Positions 35,618-47,800 of a stretch of 64,000 nucleotides of DNA are shown here, piece after piece (the stretch's first letter is position 1; each line of letters opens with the position of its first letter). The notes under the pieces were generated by a model that saw only the letters and a list, made by a program, of their open reading frames with translations, was not told the origin of the DNA and made no database searches. The DNA is from a virus, in IMG/VR virus record IMGVR_UViG_3300044614_001845, positions 6,689 through 70,688 of that record. One strand, written 5' to 3'. Position numbers and translations under genes: made by a program.

Positions 35618-36529
35618 CTAGTTTGTCCCCATCCTCAGAGCAATTTCACCAACCGTCACAAAATTCAAAGAGCCTGCGATGATCTCGTCTGGTCTTGTAT
35701 TAATTGCTATCGAAGTGACCATTAGCTGAGTTTCATAGTAAAGGTCACCCGGCAAAAGGGTGCCGCCTTCTGCGGGGCGATTCTGAATCATCCAGAATTC
35801 AGCATCAGCCTTGCATCCCTTCTCTGTCATGAGCAGCAGGTTGAGAAGAGCGGTCGGATCTTGCGAGTCAGCCTCTTCGTTCCTATCTACAATAAAGTCA
35901 AGACTGCCGCCACCGGAAACAATGCTCTTAACTGCATCACCGAATTTTTCACCAACACCAGTTGTGTCAACTTCGGGCGCAGTCAGATTCAGTGACCACT
36001 CCCTGAGAAGCGACTGAATCTTCCAGTCAGACTCACTGACACTTAGTGCTATTTCTAGATCGCTTGAGTTGACCTTGAAAATAGAGACGCGATTGTTTGT
36101 CGCCCCACGCAGGGCATCCGCTCGCGTCGTATAGAAAGTAAGGCGACCGAGCTGATCTACATAAACGTAGAAAGTTGCTGTAGTTGTCTGCCCAACGTCA
36201 GCGGCTCTCACATAAAACTGAGAGGCATCCGAGACTTTGTAAAAGGCGGAAGACTCACTTGTGATGTGACTTCTATTTGAACCAAGAAGCCACTGGCCGC
36301 CAAAATAAGTCCCATGCCCATCCGGGCAATCAGGCCCAGCGAGCGCCGAATTGATGTTAAAAGGAAGTCCGACAGCGCTGGTAAGCGTAACTCGATCTCC
36401 ACTCCAGAATGAACTGGAGCCCAAGTAGATCGAATTGCTGGTTGTGTTAATGCTGGAGGCATCCAGCTCAACCGGATCGGGAGCTTCTCTCTTTAACTTA
36501 AGCTGGCCTCCTATGCCTAGGATTGCCAT
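35618..36529 (-). CDS. tail-tube-like protein with inserted domain
   Basis: REWSLN...EVDTT..G motif shared with the major tail protein. Confidence 0.7.
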   Translation of the reverse strand: MAILGIGGQLKLKREAPDPVELDASSINTTSNSIYLGSSSFWSGDRVTLTSAVGLPFNINSALAGPDCPDGHGTYFGGQWLLGSNRSHITSESSAFYKVSDASQFYVRAADVGQTTTATFYVYVDQLGRLTFYTTRADALRGATNNRVSIFKVNSSDLEIALSVSESDWKIQSLLREWSLNLTAPEVDTTGVGEKFGDAVKSIVSGGGSLDFIVDRNEEADSQDPTALLNLLLMTEKGCKADAEFWMIQNRPAEGGTLLPGDLYYETQLMVTSIAINTRPDEIIAGSLNFVTVGEIALRMGTN

Positions 36530-36921
36530 TAGAAGGTACCGCTAAGAGATCCAGTGATTTGGAAGTTAATGCTGCAGGCGGTAACTTCGCCAACAGAAAC
36601 AGGTGTGCTGACCTGAGTAACAATCGCAGTGCAGGTCAAAGAAGCACCACCAGAAGCGGTATTCAGAACCATCTGGATGCTGCTTGTGCCGCTGCTCAGA
36701 ATGCTGTTCAGGAAGCTCTTTGTCGTAACGTCGTCGGGATCATAAAGAACGGTCGCCGAACCAGTTGCACCACGCAGACCTTCAACATAGGTGCGATCAA
36801 CGCCGCCCAGAACAGTGGTTTCTAGGGCGTCACGGGAGATGTCAACTGAAAAGTTTCGGCACTTTCCAACAGCGCTACCCCCAAAGCGGATCTCACCGCT
36901 ATTGCCGGTCAGGACGGCCAT
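36529..36921 (-). CDS. minimal tail-tube-like protein
   Basis: MAVLTG...NFSVDISRDALETT..G...GSAT. Confidence 0.75.
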   Translation of the reverse strand: MAVLTGNSGEIRFGGSAVGKCRNFSVDISRDALETTVLGGVDRTYVEGLRGATGSATVLYDPDDVTTKSFLNSILSSGTSSIQMVLNTASGGASLTCTAIVTQVSTPVSVGEVTACSINFQITGSLSGTF

Positions 36922-36941
36922 GAGCTGTTAAGCCAACGCTA

Positions 36942-37349
36942 CTACTGCAGTCTAATCTCGGCGAGAAGAATCACGCGAACACTAGAGCGCCCATTAACTA
37001 CACTTTCAATGCTCGGTGGTTGATTGTCGTCAAAGTACCACTTAAGCCCCGCCGACATTGAACTCGCATCAAGCCATCCTTTTAGATTGGTAGATGCGCC
37101 AGCAAAAATGCTACTTGGCAGTGTCAGGTCAACGAGAGAGCCTTGCGCACTGTTGTACGCTTGCATAATTAACGCAGCGTTGTCATCTGAGATATTGTCA
37201 AATGACAATGTGAGTTGGCCTTTTCTTGGCAGACTTCCCCAAAGCCTAAAAGAGCTAACACCAGATTGACTGTCAATTTTTGTGCTAGCCCACTGCGGAG
37301 CAGAAAAACTTCTGCTCGTGGGCGTTAGCGATGGGAAAGTAACTGCCAT
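36942..37349 (-). CDS. minor tail (distal-tail-like) protein
   Basis: position; FPSL.P..R...L.L.F.NI pattern. Confidence 0.65.
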   Translation of the reverse strand: MAVTFPSLTPTSRSFSAPQWASTKIDSQSGVSSFRLWGSLPRKGQLTLSFDNISDDNAALIMQAYNSAQGSLVDLTLPSSIFAGASTNLKGWLDASSMSAGLKWYFDDNQPPSIESVVNGRSSVRVILLAEIRLQ

Positions 37350-40300
37350 TAGCCCTGTATGCTCCAGTTTGCAGAATCAGTGAAGCCCTCTGCCATTTTA
37401 AGAATGCCAGAAGAGTTGACAGGCATGTGAACAGCTTCAATGCTAAACCCGCCCTCTTGAACTGGGCTAATGCGCTCAATTTGATAAGTACGTGATCGTG
37501 TCTCGGAATTTATTAGCGTAAAGATAATTCCACTTGGGCTAGCAGTCTTGCCGTTATTTGAAACAGTTAGCGTGGTCTGAGCTGGAACATTTTGACTCGT
37601 CGGATCCCAAGCAAGAACTGTGTAGCTTCCGTTTGCAAATGGTTGCGTACTAACGAGAGAACCATCTTGCAAAACCACGCCATTACGCAGCTCGTCATAG
37701 TAATTCAGGTCAAGGGCAACTCTGATGTAATCGCCAGGCTGAATTGCAGCAACAATGCCTTCGTGCGTAGTTTCAAACTTGACTGCGTGCTCAGGAATTC
37801 TCCTCATCCTGATAATAAACTTCGCTGCATCAATTGCGTGCTGCCTATTTGTTACATAGTCAGACAGATCAACAGATTCAATCGGGGCGGTATCAGATCC
37901 ATATGGAGATACCTCCCTGACCAGCACTTCTTTTTCAACTGCAAACATGCCAGGGTTTGCCAAATTGCTAGAGAGCCTCTCCTCTCTGTACCTGACACTC
38001 ACCTGAATTGGCCTGCGATCTTCCGGTTCCATGAACTCCATCGCAAACGTGCCTTCCTTGATATTCCCTGCCGTGAAAATGCCTTTGATTGAAACGGCGG
38101 TGGGGGAAGAAACGGTTCCAGGCCATGCGGGGCGCAGCCAGAATTTCCCGCCAGCTTCGCCAAAAAGCAAAAGATGAGCAGCTGCTGCATCTGCTGCCCA
38201 TTGACGCAAATTCGTATTTGATGTAATAGCGCCATCAAAGAAGTACTTATGCGTCTGACACCAACTACTAGCAGCGGTAAAACTTGCCAGATCAATTTGC
38301 TGATCTGTTACCTGATCGCCCTTGCCGTATCTTGTATTTGTCAGTAGATCCTTGAGAACCTCGGGGAAAAGATGCGTGTTGGCGAGGCCGGAAGTCACGT
38401 AAACAGAAAACTGTCCAAACTGCTGCCACTCACTTCCAGACCTCATGTTGAGGCCAAGAATTGCAAGATTGTCATAAAGCGGCGCCTCGCTGTTATCTAT
38501 GTATTCATTAATTGCAACTATTTCATGCTCTGGGCCGCTATCAGCACTTGACTTGACTTCTTCATAAACAAAGGACTCAGCAAGCTTGCCCCAGTAGTCA
38601 AGATAAGAATCAACATCGGCGTATCCAATGCCGATCTCTGCAAGCCCACCCCTCTGCGCTGATGCGATCCTGAATTCGTTCGGTCCCTGCGATGCACGAT
38701 TGGCGCTAGATATAAGCTGCTTGCCATAGAAGCTGACACTGACTCCACCAGAACTGACGGTGCGAGTCGTCTTCATTCCAGAATCAACTAATTCAAGATC
38801 ACCAGTTGCAACGCCAGACCTGATCTCCCAACCGCTGAGCGGCTCAACCTGGAACTCCCATCTCTTTGTAGATGGCATCACAAACTTGATGCTGTTAAAT
38901 ACGCTTTGCTGGGTGATTCCGCGAATACCAAAACACTGCGGAAGCTTGGTGTATTCGCCAGAAGTTCCAGACTCTCTGTAGCCAATTCTGAAGAAGCTGT
39001 AGCGCTCTTCAGAGCTGCTCATTTGTCCACTGTTGAAAATATCAACAACTAACGTATCGCCAGGGCTAAGCTTGTCGCCCTTTTTGCTGAGACAAGCTTT
39101 ATTGTCGATCTGAGTGTAGCTAAGGCTGTCCTTGAAATTACACAAGCCATTAATTCTTATGCCCAGAGCACTGCGAATGCAGAAAGATACAATCCGGCAC
39201 TCGCGCAGGGTTGAAAAGTTAGCAATTGCAACCCTGAAAATATGAGATTGATTTGTCGCTGTGTAGAAAGCTGGGGCGGGACTATCCTCGTCTCCGTTCG
39301 CCTCAATATTGGCGAGTGGAATCGTGCTTCCAATTGAGCCAGACCTGATGATCCTGAAGTCAGCAGTCAGTGGATTGCCACCACTGGTCGGCGGCTCAAA
39401 TGCAGCGTTGGAGTTGAAGTTGTTATCAGTCGGAGTGCGATTTGTGCATATCGCTAAGGCCGAACCTATTTTGTATAGCTGCCCAATCTGAAGAGCGTCA
39501 TCATAAGAATTTTGCCTACCAGCCACAGCGGAAGCAACATCGCCACACCTTTCTTCGTGAGAAGAGTTAGCCGCGAAGTCGCGTGTTTTTGTAACGCTGA
39601 TCGGACTAAAGGTGTAATTTCTTGTAGTTACAGGCGGGGTGCCTGATGTGGTTTCGGAGATAACGGCGGTCACTGAGTGCCTTGCCGAAACCTGCTTGCC
39701 AGTATTTGCCTCAGCCCATGTAAAATATTTAATTACATAGGTACCAGTCGAAACCGAACCAAGTGCGGACTGTGCCGACGAGCTATTAAAAGTCCAAGTA
39801 ACACTTATGTTATTGTTATTGACGACGATATTACTTCCGGTTAGCCAACTTTTAACAGTAGTATCACTTATTCCGGGGAATGGGTTTTCCGATACAGTTC
39901 TCTTTGCTTCCCACGAATAAGGCTCTGCACTTGCAACAAATTCAGTGCTGGCGTCAGAAGTGTTAGAAAGATAGTAGGACCACTGACTGCCTGCTGCGCT
40001 AATTAGTCCGCTTCTACCAGAGAACTTGGCTTTGTATTTTTCACGCTGAGCCAATGAAACGTAGTCAAGCTCACAAACGACTCTTGCTTCTGCGTCTCCG
40101 CCCCCGCCTTTCTTGCCACCTCCACTCTCAACATCAACTGTCAGCTGTGCGTTAACGCCAGGGCGAAGACTTGGATTGACTCGGTAGCCAAGTCCATTGC
40201 CAATCATTGAATAAACGCCAAATTGCGTTTGAGTGTTGGGGCGATGAGAGTGACAGAAATTGGAAGCAAGAGCGCCGGAGCTATTTTGCACTGCATAAAC

Positions 40301-40984
40301 ATTGCTTGGCGATAGCGCTCCGTCATCATTTGAAGTGCCCGCAACTCTGTCAGAAGTGGTAATTCTTCCGCCATTGGGCCTGTAGTAAACAGTAAAGCGA
40401 GCGGCATCGTTTCCGCCAAGCAAGTAGGAGCCAAGGGTGTTATTACCAATTGCAATATTATTAATGTCAATCGAATAGGTGCTTACTCCTTCGCCAATTA
40501 AGAACATTGCACGCAGCAACTGCCCTTTGTCAAGCGTTAAAATCTCGCTCCAAATCAAAGGGACATTGATCCTGATTCCGCCGTAATATTCACCACCTAT
40601 CAGCTCACGTTTTGCGTAAACAAGTGGAACTGCGCTGCCAATTGTTGCAATGTCTTGGACCGAATCAAAACCCTGCCTTGGTGCATACTTTCTAATATTT
40701 GATGTTGTTTCGCCCTGAGTTTGTACTTGACGCAGCTGCGGTTGCTGCTGCTGCGACATTCGCGGCTTCAGAAAAGCAGAAGCAATCGAAAAGCCAGTCG
40801 AAAGCAGTGTTGTAATGACAAGCGCATAGATCCACCAGTCAGGACCAATTGCTACAACACTCGGCTGAGGGCCTTCTGCTGCACGCCTTCTAACCTCTGC
40901 GATGTAATACCGATACTGTTCGTCTGTCAGCCCAAGCAGGTCAGCAATGTAACGATCAGACGGAAGCAGAGGGTAGTCACTCAT
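37349..40984 (-). CDS. central tail/tip attachment protein (lambda J-like)
   Basis: 1211 aa; VPLVYA, IDLASF..A, FFDG, IQPGDYI. Confidence 0.8.
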   Translation of the reverse strand: MSDYPLLPSDRYIADLLGLTDEQYRYYIAEVRRRAAEGPQPSVVAIGPDWWIYALVITTLLSTGFSIASAFLKPRMSQQQQPQLRQVQTQGETTSNIRKYAPRQGFDSVQDIATIGSAVPLVYAKRELIGGEYYGGIRINVPLIWSEILTLDKGQLLRAMFLIGEGVSTYSIDINNIAIGNNTLGSYLLGGNDAARFTVYYRPNGGRITTSDRVAGTSNDDGALSPSNVYAVQNSSGALASNFCHSHRPNTQTQFGVYSMIGNGLGYRVNPSLRPGVNAQLTVDVESGGGKKGGGGDAEARVVCELDYVSLAQREKYKAKFSGRSGLISAAGSQWSYYLSNTSDASTEFVASAEPYSWEAKRTVSENPFPGISDTTVKSWLTGSNIVVNNNNISVTWTFNSSSAQSALGSVSTGTYVIKYFTWAEANTGKQVSARHSVTAVISETTSGTPPVTTRNYTFSPISVTKTRDFAANSSHEERCGDVASAVAGRQNSYDDALQIGQLYKIGSALAICTNRTPTDNNFNSNAAFEPPTSGGNPLTADFRIIRSGSIGSTIPLANIEANGDEDSPAPAFYTATNQSHIFRVAIANFSTLRECRIVSFCIRSALGIRINGLCNFKDSLSYTQIDNKACLSKKGDKLSPGDTLVVDIFNSGQMSSSEERYSFFRIGYRESGTSGEYTKLPQCFGIRGITQQSVFNSIKFVMPSTKRWEFQVEPLSGWEIRSGVATGDLELVDSGMKTTRTVSSGGVSVSFYGKQLISSANRASQGPNEFRIASAQRGGLAEIGIGYADVDSYLDYWGKLAESFVYEEVKSSADSGPEHEIVAINEYIDNSEAPLYDNLAILGLNMRSGSEWQQFGQFSVYVTSGLANTHLFPEVLKDLLTNTRYGKGDQVTDQQIDLASFTAASSWCQTHKYFFDGAITSNTNLRQWAADAAAAHLLLFGEAGGKFWLRPAWPGTVSSPTAVSIKGIFTAGNIKEGTFAMEFMEPEDRRPIQVSVRYREERLSSNLANPGMFAVEKEVLVREVSPYGSDTAPIESVDLSDYVTNRQHAIDAAKFIIRMRRIPEHAVKFETTHEGIVAAIQPGDYIRVALDLNYYDELRNGVVLQDGSLVSTQPFANGSYTVLAWDPTSQNVPAQTTLTVSNNGKTASPSGIIFTLINSETRSRTYQIERISPVQEGGFSIEAVHMPVNSSGILKMAEGFTDSANWSIQG

Positions 40985-41363
40985 GGCAGAAGCGGCGATA
41001 GTTCATGGGCTTAAGGCTTTCCGCTGGAGTCCATGTAACTCCAACATTAGGGCGAACTGAAAGCAAGCCGTTGTCAACGAATACAGCAATAGCAAAATCA
41101 GATGTTCTAGAAAGAAGTGTCATCGCATAGTCTTCGGGTCCAAACGTCTGCTCTGTTAAATTGTACCAGTCATCCATAATTATATTCATTTCATTTCTTG
41201 CCATATGAAGATACCATTCTTTCTTAAGCTCTGGAACGTACTTTCCGCCACTTTCTATGACGCGAAAAACTAGGTGGATGCAATCTGTTGCATTTGTTTT
41301 TTCTGGGTCGGCGCACAATCTATAGGGAAGTCCAACATATTTCATCCAGCGCTGATTCGTCAT
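40977..41363 (-). CDS. NlpC/P60-like tail tip protein (lambda K-like)
   Basis: YVGLPY...DCIHLV; located between L-like and J-like genes. Confidence 0.7.
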   Translation of the reverse strand: MTNQRWMKYVGLPYRLCADPEKTNATDCIHLVFRVIESGGKYVPELKKEWYLHMARNEMNIIMDDWYNLTEQTFGPEDYAMTLLSRTSDFAIAVFVDNGLLSVRPNVGVTWTPAESLKPMNYRRFCHE

Positions 41364-41833
41364 GACACTGTGATTGATCCAGTCGTGGGAAGATTTCCAA
41401 CAAGCTTAGTACTCAATGCCCTTTTTGGCACATGCGAATCAACGGCATCAAGCGGCGAAGAAAGTCTTAGCGTCGCTCGCTCTGTATTGACTTCAGGGCG
41501 CGAACAAACCCAAGTCTCTTGTGTGATTTGCTGAACAGTTGCGTAGGTTTGTGGATCAAGTAAAACCATCGTTATTTCGCACAACCAGTTCGACTGACAA
41601 GCTTCAACGAAAAGATTGATTGACAGTGGGTAAGGTGGCGCGATAAGGACAGCATCACTCCTGTCTCCACCCTTTGTGCCAGCGCCCGTCGTAACACCAA
41701 TCGGCGCAAAATTGTAAGAAACGCTTTGATACGTCCTCAATTCATTAACGTAAAAATTCTGATAGTTATAACCAGAAACATATGCACCTGCACTGGTCTT
41801 AAATCTGACAAAGTGGCAAATTGCAATCGTCAT
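41360..41833 (-). CDS. minor tail protein (lambda L-like)
   Basis: follows TMP; LSSPLDAV..VP.R. Confidence 0.65.
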   Translation of the reverse strand: MTIAICHFVRFKTSAGAYVSGYNYQNFYVNELRTYQSVSYNFAPIGVTTGAGTKGGDRSDAVLIAPPYPLSINLFVEACQSNWLCEITMVLLDPQTYATVQQITQETWVCSRPEVNTERATLRLSSPLDAVDSHVPKRALSTKLVGNLPTTGSITVS

Positions 41834-41834
41834 G

Positions 41835-44800
41835 TCAGATACCTATTTGACGGCGAGCTTTGACGCTGTTCTTGAGTGAGCTGAGTGTGAGGGCGCGTCC
41901 ACGCTCCGCAGCTTCGGCAAGTCCACGCTGGTACTGATCAACAGTAACATACTCGACATTGTTTATCATCTGAGATTCATACTTAATATCAAGCGGCTTG
42001 GTGATCGCAGTTACGTTGCTTTCCATGACACGCTCCATGTTCTTTTCCTTATTCATGCTTGACACAGAGCTGAGCACTTCTCGTGTCTGACTGATTGCGC
42101 TGCTCGTCTCCCTGCTATCACGCGCTTGCATGAGAGCGGAGATCGTCTCCTTCGTGGAAATAGCCGACTGAGAACCAGAAGACTTGCCAACTGCATTGCG
42201 TGAATCGCCAAAAGCAGAAGCCTCGGCTTTCTTAGAAGAATCAGGCGAGGAGATACGATCTGTGATTTTCTCAATGAACTCACGAGAGTTGGTAATCGCA
42301 CCAGCCTCGCCCACCTGTTGCATCTGATCTGGCTCGCCGCCACTGATTTCAGAAGCAAGAACGCCACGCGCAGCGGAAATGGCATCACCGTATGCAAGCT
42401 GCTGCTGAGAACCAGCGGCAAATTGATCAGTACCATCAGCGCTGCCAGTCTGATTATTTGTAATTTCACGAATCGTATTGCTATCTTTAGTTGCAAGCAG
42501 CTTGTAAAGCTCTCGTGTTTCAGGAGAGGCAGAAGCTGCAGCAGCAGCAGCTTTTGCATCATTCTCCTGAGTGATGCGCTTGATCATTTCAACGGCGCCC
42601 CTGGAATCGGAGATCGCCATTGCAGTAGCCCGCGACATCTTGCCTTGGGCTTCACCTGACTTGAGGCCCATAGCGCCATAGCCATCAGATGCGCTACCAG
42701 ACAGCTCCAGCCCTGTCGTTCCATCGCCCTGAGCCATTGCATCAGAAGCCTCATCAAGGGCATCCCTGGCTTCAGAGATGGCGTCAGAGAAGCCTGTTGC
42801 GTCAACGCCAAGACGACCATCGGCGCCACGGCTAAGGGGGATGATCGCTTCTGGGCCAGCCTCACCCATGAGGCCAGTCTTGCGAATTCCACCATCGGCA
42901 AACCTGAAGAGAGTCGGCGAGGAGACAATGGAATTCGTAAACATTCCACCGCTACCGAAAGAGGCAATTCCGCCGTTGAAATAAGCACCTTTCGCGGCAA
43001 GACCGCCGAGCATATCTGTAATATTCCCTGCCCCCGTATCAAGACCGGTATTAGTAGCCTGTCCCATCGAGCCAGGCAGCGATGTAGCGCCAGCGCTTCC
43101 AATAGAAGCAAAAAGACCAAGCGCTTTAATTGCTGAACCCCAAACAAACATCAGTATTTGATCTGCAACAATTTTTGCCGCCATTTCAGCAAAAGCATCT
43201 GCAATTCCTTGCATCATTCTTGATAAAGCATCTTTAACCTGTACACCAGTATTTGAAAGCTCATTCATCTTAAGCTTGGCTTGATTGATTTGATCTGTGT
43301 ATCTCTTGTACTCATCTGTGCCTTCTTCTGTCTTGGCGCGAAGTTTTTCAAACTGAGAAATTTCGCGTTGCAGATCAAAGCGCTCCTGCATGGTCCCTAG
43401 GCCAGTTGCACCAAGAAACACGTCTTGAATGCCTTGCTCAAGGGCACCACGCACACTTTCTGCGGTTGACCGTATCTGCTGCGCAGCCTCAAGTTTTCTT
43501 GCTAACTCGTCAGCAGCAGCAGCCTCTCTCAGCAATGCTTGGCCATGTTGATCGGAAAGATCAATTCCACGCACCTGAGCCTCTGCTTGAAGTTTCTGAA
43601 CTTCAGTTAGGCGGCCAAAAACATTCATCTGAGCCTCAAGCTCAAGCTTCAGCTCGTTGTTACCTTGGGTAAATTCAATTAATTTATCAGACTTAAATGT
43701 TTCGTCTTGCGCTTGGCGAATTTTATTGATAATTGCAGGTCTTCCGTTTTCTAGATTAAGTAAGGCTTGGAGCCTTTTCACTAGCTCATCATTTTTGCCG
43801 ATCTGGCTCTGTATTTGTTGATTAATCGCATCAACAAGAACCTGCTCAGCCGCTAAATCCTTAGACCTGACACCACCGCCTTGTCGGTACTGCTCAAACA
43901 GCTTGCTAGAAGAAATAATCTGCTTGTCAAGCTGATCAGTAATTGAGCTAAGAGCAGTTTCGCTATCAATTTGCGATATAAGACCCGCAATATCTTGCAA
44001 TGCAACTTTTAAGTTATTGCCAGCCTGCAGGGCTTCTGAGATGCCACGAGTCGAAACGCTGGAGCCACCCACAGCGCCGACACCTTTAAGTTTCCCTGGG
44101 GCAGAAATAGCTTTAATTTCCCCCTCGCCTTTTTTGATTGCATCAAGCTGCGCCCTGTAAACATCAATTGCATTTTGAATTCCTTGTGCTGCATCAGTTT
44201 CGCCCAAGGCTTTCGACTGCTTAAGTGCAACCTCAAATCCTTTAATTTTTGACTCAAAGCTAATTCGCTCCTGGGAAAGCTTGAACTGTGCAATTTTCTT
44301 TTCAAGGGTGAAGCGAGTGCTATCGTACTCTTCATTTCTTTGACGCACTTGCTCGTTAATATCGCTAACTTTTTGCGCTGTATCTAGGTTTAGCTTGCTA
44401 ACTTGATCTGCGATTTGAATTTTGTATTTTTCTGTATCTACAACGCTATTCTGAATATCAAGCTCAAGCTTGGCTCTTTGTGTAGCTGAGTCATTTTGAA
44501 TCTGAGCAACTGTTTCAACGGCGTTGAGCAGCTGATCCGTGACCTGACCCGCCGTGGTGTCAGCAAAAAGACCACGAAATTCTTGATTTGCTTGTTTGAT
44601 TTTTGCAAGTTCAAGCTCTGCAGATCTTGCTCTTAGATCAATTTCAGTCTCCGCATTTTCGCGCCTTTGTTGAAGAATCCTGCTTTCAACATCTTGGCGT
44701 ATTTGTGAAATACTTTCTTCGTAGGAGCGAACAAGATCCGCTCGCTGTTTGTCAAGATCCCGTTGCTCACGTGCGGCCTGCCTGACTTGATCCTTTAATG

Positions 44801-47800
44801 ATTTGCCAATATCAGTAGTTTCAAGCTTTTTTGTTAAAATAGCAATTTCTTGTTCTGTTTTCTGTGTTGCATCAGCTGCGGGCTTGAGCTTGACAGGAAC
44901 CGAGAAGTCCTTGAATTCATCTACAAGTTGAGCCCTAAGGTTATTCGCTTCTTCGTCAGAAAGAAAGTTACCGATGCCCAAATCACGTAAAATGCTTGCG
45001 CCGATGCCGCCACGACGCATCTCAATATCAATGCGTCTTTGCTCAAATTCTTGTTTTTTTGTACCCGATAGACCGGCTCCAATATCAGCTACTGCCGCCC
45101 TAGAGCGAGACTCCTGATTTGCCAGATTAAGAACTTTTGATACCCACTCCAGCAAGCCCGCCATTGGCCCAGCAAGTGCCGTTTGAAGCTGAAGACTAAA
45201 TTCAGCCCAAGCACGATTCAATCTGTCAGACGAACCTGCTAGCTGCTGCAGGGACTGAACGCCGGTTCTGCCAATCTTGCTAATAATCTCTTGTTGAGAA
45301 ATTACAGCCGCAGAAGCGACCAAACCAGCCTCTTGAAGCTTGCCTGCAAATTTTTCTGTTTGCGTTGAGCTAAATAATGCTCGTTCTTTTACTTTGTCAA
45401 ATGTTGCAGTTGTATCAGTTAAAGCTGCACCCAGCTCCGTTGCTCCTTGAACCGCAGTGTCAAAAGCAGTGCCAAGCGCCGTGCCAACCAAAGACAAACC
45501 AAAGCCAAGCCCGCCACCGGCAAAACCGCCAGCTGCACCACCAAGGCCGCCAAGCACAGACGCGCCCAAGCCCTGCCCAAACAGCAACGGGAAGGCGCCA
45601 CCAACTAGGCCCTCACTGACTGCACGACCGCCTCTAGAACCAAAGCGGCGGGTCAGAAAATCAGCATCAGGAGCACGGCGCTCAAGCTGACGATCAAGAT
45701 TGGCGGCAGTTTCACGAAGCTGCTTTTCAAGGCGATCAAAACCCTCAGATGTTGGATCAAGAATTGCCCTGAATTCCTTGAGAACCGCGCTGAGTGCCTC
45801 AAGCTCCTTAATAGATGCAGTCGCTGGCTTGGCCAGTTCCTTGAGTCCAAGCACAGCCTCTGGACCTTGGGCTACAGCTTCCTCAAAGCGACGACCAAAA
45901 TCTCCTGCTCCACCACCCGCTCCAGCGCGACCTCCACCGCCAAAACCACCAGGCGGCAACATGCCCCCAATGCTGTCAAATAGAGACGGAATAGCGTTAC
46001 GAACTCGATCTATTGCATTTTCAAACTTGTCAGCAATTGTAAAACCAAGAGCCTCAAGCGAATTCAGCAATGAGTCGGAGACGCGCTGAGATACATTCGC
46101 AACAGCAGAAGATGCACCAAGCCTTTTTTCTCCAGTAATAACATCCGTCACACTAGAAAGACCGGCGCCTCTGCCGGACTCTGTTAGTTTTCTTGCAAGT
46201 TTTGCTCCTCCAAGCTGAGCGCTTGATTTAACAATATTAGAAATAGCGCTAAATTGAGAATCTTCGCCTTCCCAGAAATTATTAACAGCGTCCCGATACT
46301 TCTTGATTGACTCAGATACGGCCCTGCTTGCATCGCTTCTTGTGCCAAGCCCACCAAGAGCAGAAATCGGCCCATCAACAGGGAACTGCTGAGCGCCACC
46401 CATCTGATAGCGCTGGAACGGAAAAGCTGAACCAGGCGCACCAATGGCAGCCTGCGGACGAATTGAGAACAATCCAGTTCCACCAAGGCCAACAGGGCCT
46501 TGCGAAAGCGGCGCAAACAAAGAAGAAGAGATTGCGCCTTGAGAACGAATAACAGAAGAAAGAGGACCAGTGAACGCACCAGTTTTAGAAACAGCGCGGA
46601 TAGCAGCATCCGTAATCGCCTGTTCAAGTCCGCCACCTGGAGCTGCAGCATTTCCACGCAACAACCTTCTTTCGTCAAGCGGCAACAATCTTGTCTCTGG
46701 AAGAATTTTTCCAGCCTCAAATGCCTTCCTTTGCATTGCTTGAGGAAGAACATTGCTAGATAAAATTTCTGGACCGGCAAGCTGCGCTAGCTGACGGAAC
46801 AATGACGGCTTTGCTGATGTTCTTCCAGCAAAGTTGGCAAGCTTTTCAATTAAATCTTGACCACCAGCAACAGAACCAGAAAGCGGCGCCTTTAGCACAT
46901 TTCCAAGTTTGGGCGCGAATAAATCTTCAACAGCAGCGCGAACAGCAGCTTTTCCAGCTCTTGCTGTATTGACCGCCGTATCAATAACATTCTCCATTGC
47001 CCTAATGGCAACACGAGAAGGGCTTTGAATTTCAAGTCCCTTGTTGAGGCCGTCTTCAACAGCTTCTCCGAGCGCTTCTCCAGCTCCAACAGCTTTTGGA
47101 ATTCCGGCACGCGCCTCGGAAACAAGAGCGCTAACTACATTGGCGCCAGCTCCTTTGCCAGGCTTGCCTGTATTGAACTCACGAACGATCTTGTCAATTC
47201 CCTGCGCAGGAGAAACACCACCAAGGAACTTTTCGCGTGCTGCGCGAGCGTTTCCAAGACTTTCAATTGCTTGCTCTAAGCCTGAGCCAGCTTCGCCGGA
47301 GCGTCGCCCAGAACCACCTTGACCAGCAAGTATTTGCTTCTGAAGAGATACATATCTTCCAGCAAGCCCAACTTGCTCAGTCAGAGCATCTAAATTATTC
47401 TGGGTAATTACATAATCTTCTCTCTTGGCATTATTTAATGCTTGCTGAAGGCTATTTAACTCAGAGGTTACGTCAACTCCCTTGCGCTGAAGATTTATCA
47501 GTCCCTGCTCAATGACTGCGCCAGAAGCAAGGGTGTAACGAAGACGACGAGGAGCATCAAGTCCAAGGGCTTCACCGCCTCTGATTGTTGTGCCACGAAT
47601 CGACTTTGGTTGCTGAGCTTCACTAATGAGCTTTTCTAGTCTTAAACGCTTAGCGGCTATCTCGTTTACGTCAAGTAAAGTATTAAGGGTCTTTTTAGTA
47701 TTTTGATAATCATCAGAACCAGCGTTAGCAATTGCATCCCTAACAGCAGAAAGCTCACGAGCAACATCAAGTCCTTCTTTTTGCGCAGAAAGAAGCTGCC

